The notes: generated by a model not told the origin, from the letters alone. A stretch of 64,000 nt of DNA from Hyphochytrium catenoides (GCA_900088475.1 FLMG01003335.1:30842-94841), one strand, 5' to 3'; positions 24,223 through 38,320 are shown, counted from the stretch's first letter. Numbers and translations: made by a program.

Positions 24223-25716
24223 ATGAACACTGTGACTGCAATGCGTGCCCTGCAGAGCGCAGCGCGTAAGACAAGACCCTGCAGGAGTGACTTTGGGGTC
24301 CCAACTCTACTCAAAGCCACAAGGTTGGACTCCCCCTTTTACGTCTATCAAAGGGCAACCTTATACTCATCTCGGTGGCTTCAGAAAAAATAGGTTGCGC
24401 GAAAGAGAAATGTGGACAATCCGGTCCTTTCAAAGAGAACTTTCTACTGGTCGCAAGGCACAGCTTGATGAGGAGATGAGCTATAAAAACAAGCGAGTTC
24501 TGATCTATGCAATGTCCATCATTATCGGGACTATAGGAGTCACGTATGCATCTGTGCCGCTGTACAAGGTTAGCCTCCTCCTTTGGAAGAGACCACATAG
24601 CCCCAGCTGACTCTGAAAGCAGGCGTTTTGTCAAGCAACAGGCTTCGGAGGGACTACCCAGGTTTGGTGGCTCTCTCTCTCGATATATTTGTACTTCCTT
24701 CTGCTCTCTCTCCTTTTGTCCTTCGTTCTCAACTACTCTCTCCCAACCAATCCTTGACATGTCCCTACGTGCCCTTTTTAGCCATCCGAGTGTTTGTCTT
24801 GGTTCTTATAGATGGTTTGTACGGCTTGGAAGAGCCTCTCCTGCTCTATTGCTGCCTACCTGGCAGCCTTTCTGGTATTGACGCTGCTCGCCCTCAGGCA
24901 TATAGGCTTGAAAGACCTCATGTATCATAGTAGCGGCGCCCTAAGTATGTTTTCCCCCAGGTAGCAGATAGTGAAAAGGCCAAGAAGATTCGCCCGGTAG
25001 CGGGATCCAGAACGATCCGCGTCAGCTTCAACAGTGACGTTGCGGACACTTTACCCTGGCGGTTTAGGCCCCAACAGCGTGATGTCAAGGTCCGGCACCC
25101 AAAACACTTGACCGCTGGTCTTTCTCCACCCCGTCACACCTTTATGACTCTTCTTGCTTATCACCCTAGGTAGTTCCTGGAGAGACAGCATTAGCGTTTT
25201 ACACTGCAAGTAACCAGTCAAAAACCAACATTACGGGCGTGGCGACATACAATGTATTCCCAAGCAAAGCAGGGTACGTCTAAGGGCCGAGGAGAAAGGA
25301 GGATAAGCAGGTCTTAGACTTAAGAATGCTGTGGAAGGAAATTTTTAGGAAAGGGCAACATGCGTGGCTTTAGAGGGCTGTGCGGGTATGGACCGTTCGA
25401 GCGGGGATCCAGCGCAGGATAACTAGCAGGAGAAGCAGGAATCTCACAATGGCGACGGAAAGGCTAGCGAAGTGTTCTGACCTCCTCCTGGCTTTGCAGC
25501 TTATATTTCAATAAGATCCAGTGCTTCTGCTTTGAACAGCAGCGCCTGCGGGCAGGCGAGGAGGTGGATATGCCTGTTTTCTTCTTTATAGACCCGGAGT
25601 TTCTCGAGGATCCCGCCATGAATGGTGTGAACAACATCATGCTGTCTTATACTTTCTTCAAAACGGATGAGGACACAGAAGGGCTAGCTGAGGAGGAGGC
25701 GGAGAATGCAGCCTGA
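24223..25716 (+). CDS. COX11: Cytochrome c oxidase copper chaperone Cox11/CtaG
   Basis: TM helix then YASVPLYKAFCQATGFGGT, LPWRFRPQQ, PGETALAFY, GVATYNV, YFNKIQCFCFEQQRL..EEVDMPVFFFIDP, LSYTFF. The CFCF copper motif is intact. Confidence 0.96.
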
Positions 25717-25848
25717 AGATTGATCTCATTTGTAAACTTTGCGGGGTGCTACTATTTAGCTCTTAAATACAGGCAATGCCAGTTATTGATAGTGCAAGTT
25801 AGCCTGAATCACCAGGCTTCTGCAAGTCCAATATCATTGCCCTTGTAC

Positions 25849-28800
25849 CTATTTAGGAACCCTAGAACGGACGATATTGACGGTTGTGACAATCCGCTTT
25901 GACTTCTTCTTCATCCAGTGCTGCCGCTCCATGAATTTCCACCTATTTTACAGGGAAGCGTCAGCGCACGGCCGTCCGAGTCTATTTGTCTGTTTACCGA
26001 CGTCAACCCTTCGCTACTGAAACTCTTTCGCCTATTAAATAGCACGTCACTTAGAAGTAGCAATACCTGTTGGGATCCTCTGGTATGAGATCGTTCTTAA
26101 TACCCCGATCTTCACATCTGGCTCTCAGCCGTTTGACATGCTTCTCCTTAACCTCGAGGCCCTGATCCTTCATCATCTGGTTTGGCAAAATTAGAAGTAG
26201 CACTGGGCGCCCTGCATGAACTGGCAATCCCACCTGCAGAAGCTTGAAGGAGTCATCGAAGCGCCCAGCTTTGGCACAGGCATCCACCATCAGTCCGAAC
26301 ATATCAGCATCAGGTTCAATGGGTCCATTCTGTATAGCAGAAATTGGAAATGAGAGCCACGAGAGAACATGAGGCCGCAAGAAGGACTCCATACGCTCAG
26401 AACTGAAAACGATAAGGAAAGAGGTGGTGCAGGCTTCGGACATCACTACTATAGCCAAAGAGAGAAGTTGTAGTTTCAAGGCAGTAAGCTGCACTCCAAG
26501 GGCGCAATAGGCATGTAGAGCCTCCGGTTCACAGGGGCATCTTCTTACCTTCGCAAGCGACAGGAGAAGGTCTTTCGCAATTCCACCCTTACCCGCTCTG
26601 ATGTACATCTTCATGAGTGACCGGAACGTATGGATCGTAGGCTCAATGTCGTGCTCATCGAACCTAGGAGCAACATAAGCGATTAGTGTGTATGTTACAA
26701 TAAGGTCATTTGAGAAGGGTCCTCGCTCCTCATGGTCCACGACCCACGCGGCTTCCTTGGCAAGTAAGACAGTCCTTTGCGCAGGGCTTGATCTGCGGAA
26801 CTATCCCACAAGACTATGGAGGTCATCCTCATATTTACAAGTGCATCTAGCTACAGTGTCATCTTGTTTCCAAATTGCTAGAACCCTCCTTCAGAAGTGT
26901 CTGCCCGATATCCCTAGCCCTTGAGAACATAAGAACATAACTCTCACAGCTGTTTCTTACAGTGAAAGAACAGCTTTGGCTTTGTCAATCTCCACCGCTT
27001 CGGCGAAAACGTTCAGAAAACTGTTCAAAGAGGCCGACGAAACAGGGACATCACTCTCTTGAAGGTCTGCGAAAATGGCCTCTGCCTCACCCAAGAGCCG
27101 CTCCTTCAACTCCTCCTTTGTCTCTTCGACATGCGGCGAGAAAACCAGCGCTACGGAAGACGAAGTTAATGTCGATCTTAGATTGATGGCAGTGTGCTAT
27201 AGCAGGCGAAGAAGGCAATAAGAGAGGGGCCCTGCTTTGAGAGATAACGCAATAGTAGTGGTCATGGCACAGACAAGGGCATGAACAGAAAGGGGAAAAC
27301 ATACAAATGGATGACACCAAAGCCACTGACAAACGGGAATCCGACGTACACAAAAGAAAAAGGTCAACGCGGAGGTAGACGAAGGAGACATGACAGTTGA
27401 GTTTAGCGACTGACGGTATTGCTTTACCGTCAGAAATGCGCTTCGCTTCCGCTGTAGCTCGGTGGACAAGCTCCTCCGCTTTGTGCAGACCCCTTCGACC
27501 GTAAACATCCAAGACGACATCAAGTGCTTCTCGCTCCAAAAGCTCCTTTGTCCTGACCTCTTTTGATCTCTCCTCGTGTTCTTTTTCATCTGGATCTCGC
27601 TCTGCTAACCCCTCAAGTTCCTCCTCAAGTCGTTCCAACTCTTCGTCATCGTCGTCGTGAAAGAGCCCCTTGCTAGACCTCCTGGACTGGAACTCTGTGG
27701 AGCGTAAGGGAGCGTTCTTCGTCCGCTCGTACCTTTCGAGTGTATCGCGTGGATCTGCACCCCTCGACCGGTACCATATTACAAGGAGATGGTCAAGATC
27801 AGTCTGAGAGGTCTTTTGACTGGAGAAAGATGGCAAAGACTAAAATGACACAACCTTTGCTTTGGCATAATGTCGAAAGCAACAGCTATTGCGAAACTGG
27901 AGGGAAGACAGAAGGAGAACGCGAGGGTTACAAACCAACGTGTCATTGGCAGACACTAAGACTGTAACGGTGCAGGTACACTAAGACTGTAACGGTGCAG
28001 GTGACACTAGGTAACTAGAAGGCTAAGTAACATACCGTTGAGAACTACGGGCAAATACTCTGTCTCCTTGATCAGGCTGACACCCGCATCCTTCTTCTTA
28101 CCCAGCCACTTGTGAGCGGAGAGAGCCTTTGCATAAGTGTTTAAGAGAGAAGAGAATGTGTGCTCTTCTGGTTCGTGGCCTTCATCCCTCATTTTCATGA
28201 AGGTCTTCACTGCACTCTCCACATCTCCGGTCTGCACGCAGCTCTGAAGCAGGATATTATAGCTTACAGTGTCGGGCTCATAGCCTGCCACCTTCATCCG
28301 CTGGTGCCTGGTAGTTACAAGGCATAGGAAAGTATCAGTGGAATGGAGACAAGGACCATAGATCATCGACGTGAGGAGAGAACCAATCAGGGCAATACGA
28401 ACCACACGGTAGTCAGCTTCTGATAACCCGTAGAACGTGCACACGCCGTCATCATTGTGAGGAAAGTTTTCCTATCTGGTTCTATGCCCTTCTGTTGCAT
28501 CTCTTCCATAAGATTGTTGGCTCGCTCAACCTGCTCGCAACGCATTATAAGGTACCGTGAGCAGTGAATTATCCGCAACGCCCTTGTACCTCTCCTCCCC
28601 ACACCATGCCATATGTTAAGTCTCTTCTGCATATGTTATGACCATTGAGACGGCTCGTCAATGCACACTACCCCACCCGCTAGGAAGGGAGACCAGCAAA
28701 ATATCGTCAGCCGGCCCTTCCTGCCATTTCTACTAACCCTCCCCTAGCACTGTCACCGCGAGGCAGCTTTACTGGGCTTGGCTCTGAACTACTTGCACGA

Positions 28801-30558
28801 AATTGATACCCTTCCTCTTTCGTCGTCAAAGCAATGCCTTTCCCAGTTCGCACCATATTGGTCTTGGCGCAAGCCTTCATCATCGTAGTATAAAGCTGCA
28901 GATCTGGTTCTGCATACTCTTTCCTCATCTGTTCATAAAGCTTCCAAGCCATGTCTATCTTTCCTCGCCTGTATGGATAGGATACCGTCAGGGAATGCGT
29001 TCTCAACAAACAGATACATACAAACAATTGGGCCTCATAGGGATGAGCCTGCTAGACAATTCCGGTCACTGTTTGGAGAAAACTGAAACCCAGATGCGTA
29101 TAAGTAAACGAGACAGGCTAGCAACTAGGACCAAGGCTTCCAGTGACATTACTAGAGAAAGACATGGAGAGACATGAGCGAAGCCGGCCCTCAGGCTATC
29201 GGCCAATCGCTCTAGAGCAGGACCTGAAGTCAAGAACGGGAAGCGGGCCACACTAGGAGAGGAGGGTAGTGGAGAGACAGATAGAAGACAGAGTTTTAGC
29301 ACTTACTCTATACATCCATCAATGAGGGGATTGAACACTCTAACACCGGGTCTTGCTCCTTGCTCCCTACAGTTCAAGTATCATAGAGCGGAAAATAAGA
29401 CAGCTAGCTGAGGAGTATAACAGTCCATAGGAGTCCTACATTAGAGCGTTGATCAGCTGGAAGGCTTTATCAAGTCGATTAGCGCGAACGTAGCAATGCA
29501 TCATTAGGCTATTCATCACGTCCCCAGCCTCCACACCCTGGCCTTCAGCCCGTGCGACGACCTCAAGCGACTTGTCGATGTTTCTGTCCAAGGGAGGTTA
29601 CCACGACGATAAGGCTTAGGTACGTAAGCATAGTGGGCAGTAATGTGGACCTGTCGCTTACCCTTTCCATGCATAGTAGCGCAGGATCCTTGCATACACT
29701 TCCTCTCCAGGCTCCATATATTTGCTTGTTTCAATGGACCGAACTGTTTTCCAAGCATCTGTTTCCTATAAGAGGGTAGTGGACATGACACGCTCAGCTA
29801 TAACATAGTGCCTACTAGGTGCCTTCCTGCAGGCTCATGCGCTGGAAAAAAGCTATGCAGTTCGAAGATCGCCCTACCATATCAAGCTCCAACTGCATTC
29901 GTAACAGTTGCAGCAACGACTCCAGATTCCGTCGCCTAATTCCTTTCTTTAACTCTTCCTCCATCTGAAGCACGTCTGCCTTTGTAAACTGCATCCCAGG
30001 AAAAGGGCGGTTAGGGGAACGGTCGAAGGCTGTAGTCGACGGAGAGCACTATCGAAGATCTAATCGACCAAAGTGTACCTGAAAAGCTTCCGGTCGAGTT
30101 TGGAGGTCTCCCAAAATGTCTTCAGCAGAACTTTCCATAAGGTAACTAAAGACCCTATCTATCTTGCCCTCGAGACGAGACTCTTCAGGACCAGCACTCT
30201 CTTTGGTTTCCTCGACGACGGCCAGCTCCGACGTCATCCATGAGGGCTTCAGAGCGACTTTGGGAGGTTGAGCTTTGAGCTGACAGACCAACACATTAGT
30301 AAACAGCAACCCGTAGTATTAAGCCGGTAATAAACTGACCTTTTCACGTCTTCTTCTGAGCTGCTTTTTGCTCGGACCTGTCACCTTGGCTAGCAAGGCA
30401 CTTACTCCACCTCTGCGCTTCAGCATCGGCTCAGTAACGTGAACAAACGAACGCCGATGCAAGTCGACTGATCTCCAGGCGGAACCTGGGCATAACGAGC
30501 TTGGACCGGCAAGGAGCAGTTGCCTACTCAAGACTGCTAAGGACGTCGCACGCTTCAT
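25849..30558 (-). CDS. Pentatricopeptide-repeat (PPR) protein, probably mitochondrial
   Basis: Many PPR motifs: EPDLQLYTTMMKACAK, EPDRKTFLTMMTACAR, EPDTVSYNILLQSCVQTGDVESAVKTFMKM, EPDADMFGLMVDACAKAGRFDDSFKLL. N-terminus MKRATSLAVLSRQLL...HRRSF is presequence-like. Confidence 0.92.
27953..28002. repeat. Intronic perfect tandem repeat, 25-nt unit x2
   Basis: acactaagactgtaacggtgcaggt twice, inside a PPR-gene intron. Confidence 0.9.
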
Positions 30559-31430
30559 CTTCTTCTGTGTTTGCCGCTCCGCTCCTGATACGTCCTCTGA
30601 ATAAGTTACTGTGGCAGCGGACCCACTGCGCCTCCGCGTGCTTGACCGAGGTGCCCTAAAGGTCTGTGGCTTCTCCTCCTTTTGTTTCCTGAGCTATCGC
30701 TAAAGCTCTACCGGGACGAGCGAGGTGCCATTGTTCCGAAGCTCAAGCTTCATTCTGTCTCTTCATCACGGATGCACGGCGTTACATCTCATCCAACCCT
30801 TTCTCTGCTCTGTCTAAAGCAGAGGAAGTCCCTACTTCTGACTTCTGACCTCCAGTTGTCCCTTCTGATGATGATTCTTAAGAGAAAACAGATTAATCTA
30901 TTTCTAGTAACTAAATACCATGTCTGATTACTGATGGCCAATGTGGAGCGTTTCTAGAATGCATGGAACTGTGGGAAATGTACCTTCTGAGCTCAGGAAT
31001 ACCTAACTCTAGCCCATTGGCCCGTGGGTTATAGCAATTTCTGAGCCATCAACGAACATCAGAAGAAGGGAGCAGAAAGACGAGGCGAAAGGGTGATCAG
31101 AAGGTCCCTCTAATCTCTCAGAATGCCCTCAGCAGGCGATCTTCAGATCCTCCTTATCAAGCTGAGCACACTGCTGGCACCTCGGCAGGCGGTGCACCTT
31201 CGTCTTGGCACAAAGCACAGGCACACTCGGCCTCATGCCCGATGTTCTCCCTCCGACACGCCTCTCAAACCAAAAGAGCTCTGGTTGAAAGAAGAGAGAA
31301 CGAGCACCGCCACTTAGTGGGAGACCTGCACTTCCCTTTCTCCACGCCGCTTTTATCAGTAGATCCCAACCTCATCTACGGAGATTGATAGTGACGTTAA
31401 GGAGCTACTGGTCCCATAGGACATCGAACC

Positions 31431-34112
31431 ATGCTATCTGCAGTAAAGAACCCTGTGAAGAGGGCCCTGCCATCAGTAGCAGCACTGTGGAAGCCCAATC
31501 GCGTCTCACTGTTGGCGATTCCAAGACGTTTAGCTCCACCTCTTGTACGCCCGGTGACCTCAAAGCTTGCCCTGCACGGAAGTACTGTCCTCAGAGCTGC
31601 TTCTGCGTCACAAGGATGGAGAGGCTTTGCTAATCAAGCACCTCAAGGCCAGGCGTGGGTCAATCCTGAGAATGTCCCTGCAGGAGAAAGCTTGACGAAG
31701 TACGGTAGAGATCTGACTGCTGTTGCTAAGGGTAAGCAATATTAAACTGTCTTGTAACCCATCCTTTATCTGACTTCTTGTAATGCAGACGGCAAACTCG
31801 ACCCTGTCATTGGTCGTGAGGAGGAGATTCGGCGAACTATTCAGGTGTTGAGTAGGAGAACAAAGAATAATCCAGGTAACGAACAGAGGTGAGGTATTAA
31901 TGCAGCGGGTAGCATCTAACTCTCTCCATTCCTCTCTGTCATATTCCAGTCTTGATTGGTGAGCCAGGCGTGGGAAAGACAGCAATGTAAGTCTTGACTT
32001 GGTGAGGACTTGCTGGCAACAAGGAAACTAATCCATGTATCTTTCTCCTCTCTATCTTGAAGCGCCGAGGGTCTGGCGCAGCGGATTGCGGCTGGAGAAG
32101 TCCCTGAAAGCATGAAGAAGATGCGGGTAGTTGCATTGGATATGGCGCAGCTAGTAGCTGGTGCGAAGTTTCGAGGCGAGTTTGAAGAGAGACTGAAGGC
32201 TGTTCTTAAGGACGTGGAGGAATCCAACGGTGAGGTCATCCTCTTCATTGACGAGCTCCATACGCTGGTAGGGGCAGGAGCGGCCGAGGGGTCTGTGGAT
32301 GCCTCCAACATGCTCAAGCCAGCTTTGGCAAGAGGCACACTGCGTTGTATGGGAGCCACTACCTTAGACGAGTATAGAAAGTACATAGAGAAGGACGCAG
32401 CGCTTGCGCGACGATTCCAGCCTGTCCTTGTAAGCGAGCCAGGTGTTGATGACACCGTGACCATCTTGCGAGGGCTCAAGGAGAAATATGAAGTGCATCA
32501 CGGTGTGCGGATCACAGATGGAGCTTTGGTAACGGCAGCCACCCTTGCCAATCGGTATCTGACAGAGAGAAAGATGCCCGATAAGGCCATAGATCTCATT
32601 GACGAAGCTGCATCCCGCTTGAGACTGCAGCAAGAGAGCAAGCCCGAGCCTATTGACAAACTGGAAAGAGAGATCATAATGCGCAAGATAGAGATAGAAG
32701 CGCTCAGAAAGGAAACTGACCAGGCTTCGAAGAAGAGGATGGAACACCTCGATGAGCAGGTGAGATTGCTCCAGAAAGAAGTAGATGCCCTTACGGAGAC
32801 TTGGAAGAAAGAGAAAGAGTACCTGCAAGAGATGAAGCAAGCTAAGGAAAAGTTAGAGGAAGCGAGAAGAGAACTTGTCTTGGCTCAACAGAGAGGGGAC
32901 TACGCTCGCGCAGGAGAAATCCTCCACGGGGAGATCCCACGGCTGGAGCGCTTAGCAGAGGCCGCCGCTAGTCAAGAGGACGGACCGACGAATAAACCGC
33001 TCTTAAATGACGCGGTGACGTCCGACCACATCGCAGAGGTCGTTGCCAGAGCAAGCGGCATTCCCGTATCTAACCTGATGGAAGGAGAAAAACAAAAACT
33101 CTTGAACATGGAAAAGCAACTTTCTGAGAGAGTTATCGGCCAACCCGAGGCAGTCACGGCGGTCAGCAATTGTATAAAACTATCAAGAGCGGGGCTCCAT
33201 GGACACAACCGTCCCCTTGGTGTCTTCCTCTTTCTCGGACCAACGGGCGTGGGCAAGACAGAACTGACGAAAGCTCTCTGTGAGTTCATGTTTGATGATC
33301 CCCACGCCATGACGCGGATTGACATGTCCGAGTATATGGAGAAGTTCAGCATCAGCAGACTCATTGGGGCCCCCCCGGGTTATGTTGGCTACGAAGAAGG
33401 AGGGACTCTGACGGAAGCTGTGAGAAGACGACCATACCAAGTCATTCTTTTTGACGAGTTCGAGAAAGCCCACAGAGATGTTTCCAACCTTCTCTTGCAG
33501 GTGTTTGACGAAGGTAAGATAGGGGCTTCCTCTTGGTTTACACCTAGTTAGCTGTCCATCCCTCTCATCCCAACTCTCCCTCTTACGCAAACGTCGCCAT
33601 CTGCAGGTCGTCTCACTGACTCACAAGGACGGCTTGTGGACTTCCGGAACACCGTTATTATTTTGACGAGCAATCTGGGTTCAGAAATTCTCATGAACCT
33701 TCCGGAAGGAGTCCCAAGCTCTGCCGTAGCAGCAGACGTTAGGGCGGTCGTTCGCTCACGCTTTGCCCCAGAATTTCTTAACCGCATCGATGAACAGATT
33801 GTCTTCAACAAGCTCTCTAGGCAGGCGATGACCCACATTGTGGACTTACAACTGGACCAGGTCTCCAAGATGCTTACAGAGCGGGAGCTGAACTTTGAAG
33901 TGACAGACAGAGCGAAGAAGTGGCTGGCGGATATATCTTATGATCCACACTACGGAGCTCGTCCTCTCAAAAGAGCTATCCAGCGCTATCTGCTAAACCC
34001 TCTCGCCAACAGGTTGCTAGAGGGACACTACAGCGACGGAGATACCGTTAAAGTGGATTACGACCCCTCACTCGGAGACCTGCCACCTGAGACGGCACTG
34101 ATATTCAATTAG
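31431..34112 (+). CDS. clpB: Mitochondrial ClpB/Hsp78-type disaggregase (no Clp N-domain)
   Basis: The presequence leads directly to [25 protein letters not shown]. Walker A1 [17 protein letters not shown]-domain coiled coil, Walker A2 [33 protein letters not shown]. Confidence 0.96.
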
Positions 34113-35229
34113 CAGTCTGAAGTGCAGCCCTACGAAGCCGAAGCCTGTAGTGCATATAGGGATTAGGCTTTTCATCTTCACCAAGAATCGTACTAATCTG
34201 ATGGCGTGCTATTGCAAAATTCAGCTCTTCCAAGCTCTCACCATCACCTAACCTTAAAGAGTATTGGAGCATGATCTTCTTGCATCTGGTGAGAGAAGCA
34301 TCACCTCGGAAGCTTCCCCTGAAGCTGAGCTAGTTCATACTATCATTCACTCTAAATGTGTGTCGTCTGCATCCGTTTTGCCATTACAGGCTGGTGCTTT
34401 TCTGAGAAAATGGCCTCCTAGGCTAGCTGGGCTTATCTACCCACGAATCAAACAGGCAGGAGTAAGAAATAACTCGGCTGCTGGACCTGTGGCAATCCTG
34501 GACACAAGCAAATAGATTGTCCAGACTACGAACCCCAACCCAGTGAGGAGGACACTGCCACAAAGCTGGGATACAAGGGGAAAAGGAGCGGAAGAAACGC
34601 ACTAAGAAGAAGAAGATATACGATCATGACAGCATGACAGCAACCACGACCTCAACCCAAAGCAGTCCCACGTCCAAGGATCAGCGATGGAGTTGTGGGC
34701 TTTCAGGATGCACAGCCAACATGTCCCATGAGAGTCCACGATCCCTGATGCCTTGTATTGTCCGAGGCTTGAGCTGGAGAACAATTATTTGACATTACCT
34801 GCAGGCGTTACATCTCCCGCTCCTTCCACCCAACGATGTGTCACACTCTGAGCGTATATTATACTCCCTAACGTCACATTTCTTGGCGCAGGTTTCATAG
34901 TGGTACCAACGTTAGCGGCTACTGCACTGCTATTTTTCTGATCAGCATCACTCTCTCGATCCGCATGCCTCCTTCTCGTTCTGTTCTGTGTGTGTGCCGC
35001 TGTCTCTCTTCGTCTTTCATCCATTGCCTCTTCTCCTTGTAGCTCTTCTTAGCTCTACTCTAAGCTTAGGGACATCTCCAAAGTTTTTCTGGATGCCGTG
35101 ATCGTCTTGGCTACCTTCCTGGCCTCAGCTTCCGTAGGGAAGGCCCACAGGTCAATCCTTTCCGAAGCCCCGGCGTGCGAAGACAGGGTCTGGGCTGAGC
35201 GGTACGGCTCTAACAGTTGATTAGCAGTC

Positions 35230-38200
35230 ATGGAGAAGCTCATGGAGAGCAAGACGCTTACGGAACTTCGCCAGTAAGCCCTTCTTGTGGATCGCCTGCG
35301 TGACTTTCTGCATACGCCTTTTTGTACTTCCGAACTCCTTTCTGAGTTCAAGCCTTTCCACGCCACCTAATCTTCGCATGCCCCATAGGGAGCTGGACGG
35401 TGCAGGAGTGAGCACTAAAACCCCAGGGGTAAGAGGCGAGGAGCGGAAGGCCATCTTGGCCCAGCGAGTGCTGGATGCACGAAAAGAAGTCGCGAGAGCG
35501 GAGTGGCGAAAGCAGCGACAGGGCTCCAGCCAGGGACCTATCGCCAACGAACGCGAAAGTGAGGGGAATGTGGTGAAAGAAAAGTTCCTTCAGCCCTCCA
35601 AGTCGCCACCACCCCAGGCAGCGACACAGAATCATGCCACCGAAAGGGGTGAGTTATTCTTCCTTCCCACTTATGAGATCTAACCCTTTAAGCCTAATCG
35701 CCCTGGTGGTCCACTTACTCTTAGTCAACTCACAATCAATTTGTGGCAGCTTTGGTCATCCTCAGGTCTCCCCTGCCAGCTCCGGAATTTCTCAGGTTGG
35801 GCGACACCAATCAAGCTTTTATGGCTTCTGTGTGAATCATGATGCTTAGAGCTTAACTTCTTTAACAAGTTTGCCTTAACTCTACTCTCTGCCTCCTCAG
35901 CCGAGAAGTCCATATGGTGCCGAAGCAGAGGTAATCGGGATGTCGGAAAGACATCATTGTGCGGGGAAGAAGGGTGACGAAAGAGCAATAGAGCCTAATG
36001 GCCTTTCCGCGCGTTCTTGCAAACCAACTGAAGTCGATTCGCCTGCTCCAGCTTCAGAGGAGGATGTTGGGCTTCTCCAAATGGCGCACTGGGCTGAGGT
36101 ACTTTTCTGCCTTAGAGAGCTGAAGAGTACATTTCCACCTCCACCATTTTCTTTTTATGCCCTTAGCAGTCACGCGGTTCTCCAGTTCCACTTTTTCTTC
36201 CATTTCTGAACCGGGTTATGTCTTCCTGCTGAGTATGGATCTCCTAGGTCACCTGCATATCTGACCGCACCATGTTACACTCTCTCAGGTACAGGAGAAA
36301 GACTATGGCAAGGCGGATAGCTGCTATCAGCAATACCTTCGTTCTCACCCCGACGACGGCGGTAAGGCCTACCTTCGTGCACCCTTCTTCACTTGTTTCT
36401 ACTATTTCCAGAGCTACCTTCACGTGCACATAGACTCCTCACCAGTTCAGATATACTATTAGGAGGTTTAGTCTCTATCGTATGCCAGGTTCCTTTGACT
36501 GCTAATCTGCACCCATATTACTTTTTGTCCGTGCTCCTCTTGTTTTACCTATTGCCGCCTGGCGTGGAGCTGATCGGATATTCAATTTCAGCTACCCTAG
36601 GGCATTACGCTTATTTCTTGGAAAGGAGGCTCAAACAATTGGACAGAGCTGAACAGTTCTATCAACGGGCACTGGAGGCTCATCCTGATCTTGTGCCTAC
36701 CATATCCCAGTATGCAAAGTGAGTGCACTTGGCAACGTGAATCCAAGCTCCTAAGCTTGTCTGCGGATTGTGCCGTTGTTGTCCACCCCTAGAGCTTCTT
36801 TGCAGGACTCGGCACACAGCCTTACAATCAATTACCTCTTCCATACTTCTCAGTGTCACTCTATCTCTTGATAAGCGCTTAATTTTCTGCATCCCACTTG
36901 ACTTGCATGATGTGCACGTCCTTGACTTTGCTGGTGTGCATTCCTTGAATTTGGGGAGACGTAGGCTTACATCTCGGCCCTGTACCTCTATACATGCCCC
37001 AGTTGATTATCTTTGTCCTAAATTCTCCGGTACTGTGAGCGTTGCATGGTTGCTGCCTCTTTTAAACCCTCTCTCAAGTCAGCTCTTTCTGTTCTCCTTC
37101 TATTGCTACATCAGCTATCTAAAAAAGCATCGAGGAGATTACGACCGTGCAGAACAGTACTACAAGCTTGCCCTGGAGAAAGCACCGGGCCATCCGGACC
37201 TGTTGGGCAACTATGCTCTGTTCTTGAAGGGGTGCAGAAGAAATCTATTTAAGGCAGAAGCGCTCTTCAAGGAAGCGCTAGTCAAAGACCCATATCATAG
37301 TAACAACCTAGGTAAGCTTCACGAGTGGGGCATAAGCAAGGCAATTGTCACTTAGGCCTAGGACCGGACCGGGACCTGCAGAGCTTAGGCCGCCTTGGTC
37401 AAGCACAACTGAGACATCTTCCTCATAAACTGTAGGCAGCTATGCTGGCCTGCTGAAGAAGGTCGGCCGTTTCGATGAGGCCGAATCTTTATATCTTAGG
37501 GCCACAGCCAACGAGACTTGCAACGCGAACATTCTTGGTGAGCCTTACTTATGACTACCATATAGGTGAAAGAGTTTAAGAGTCGGGAACGAGATGTGAG
37601 GAAGAAGTGGAATGAGATCAAAGAAAGATATAAGGAACAGGGTCAGTCCTAGACTAAGAGGCGAGAGATTATCCTGAGTTTTGGAGCGCAAGCTTTATGC
37701 CAAATATTCAGAGACTGTAAGTACCGGGAGAGAGCAGGACACGGAAGACTGGTAGAGGGGTCTTCGCTTCTAACCTCTAGTTATCCTGTCAATAGGTAAC
37801 TTCGCCAACTTTATGCACTCTGTACGAGGCAAGCCTTCTGTCGCACGAGATCTCTATCTTCGGGCGTTGAGACAAGATGCGGAAAATCACATGGTCGCCA
37901 GGAACTACGCAATCTTTCTAAGAGATACGCCGGGCATGTGGGCAGGACGAGGCAAACGGTAAGCACAAAGTAATCTTCCGGGACTGTTCTCTAGGAGCTG
38001 ATAACAGGAACCGAGTATCGGCTCCCCCTTTGAACTCTAAACGTATGGAATACTAACTTTCCAATCCTTTCCTCTTGCCCAAATCCGCTGCTCCAATCTA
38101 CTGTTATCGTCTTCGTGACAACTGTGTCACCGGCTGATTGCTTTTCAAAAGTATTCAAGGTAGACCGCCTTCAGCGATGAAAAAGCAGACTGATGGAGGA

Positions 38201-38320
38201 GACGGTATGAGCACTATCGACGAGAGAGGAAGCAGAGGAGAAAGAAGCACGGACGGCCAGCTAACAGCGAGATCAGTCCAGTCTTCGTATTCTTCCAATG
38301 TTGTCCTCTCTCAAGCCTAA
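35230..38320 (+). CDS. TPR-repeat protein with N-terminal SAP-like motif
   Basis: Exons 1+2 give MEKLMESKTLTELRQ|ELDGAGVSTKTPGVRGEERKAILAQRVLDA. About six TPR units follow, e.g. LGHYAYFL..DRAEQFYQRALEAHP, LLGNYALFL..KAEALFKEALVKDP, ILGNFANFM..ARDLYLRALRQD. Confidence 0.85.

Noticed and set aside
30951-30970. Heat-shock element upstream of Hsp78 (TTCtaGAA)
   Set aside because: Only two in-register nGAAn units, which is expected by chance.
31916-33868. Several minus-strand ORFs over ClpB
   Set aside because: Antisense shadows of a conserved coding region.
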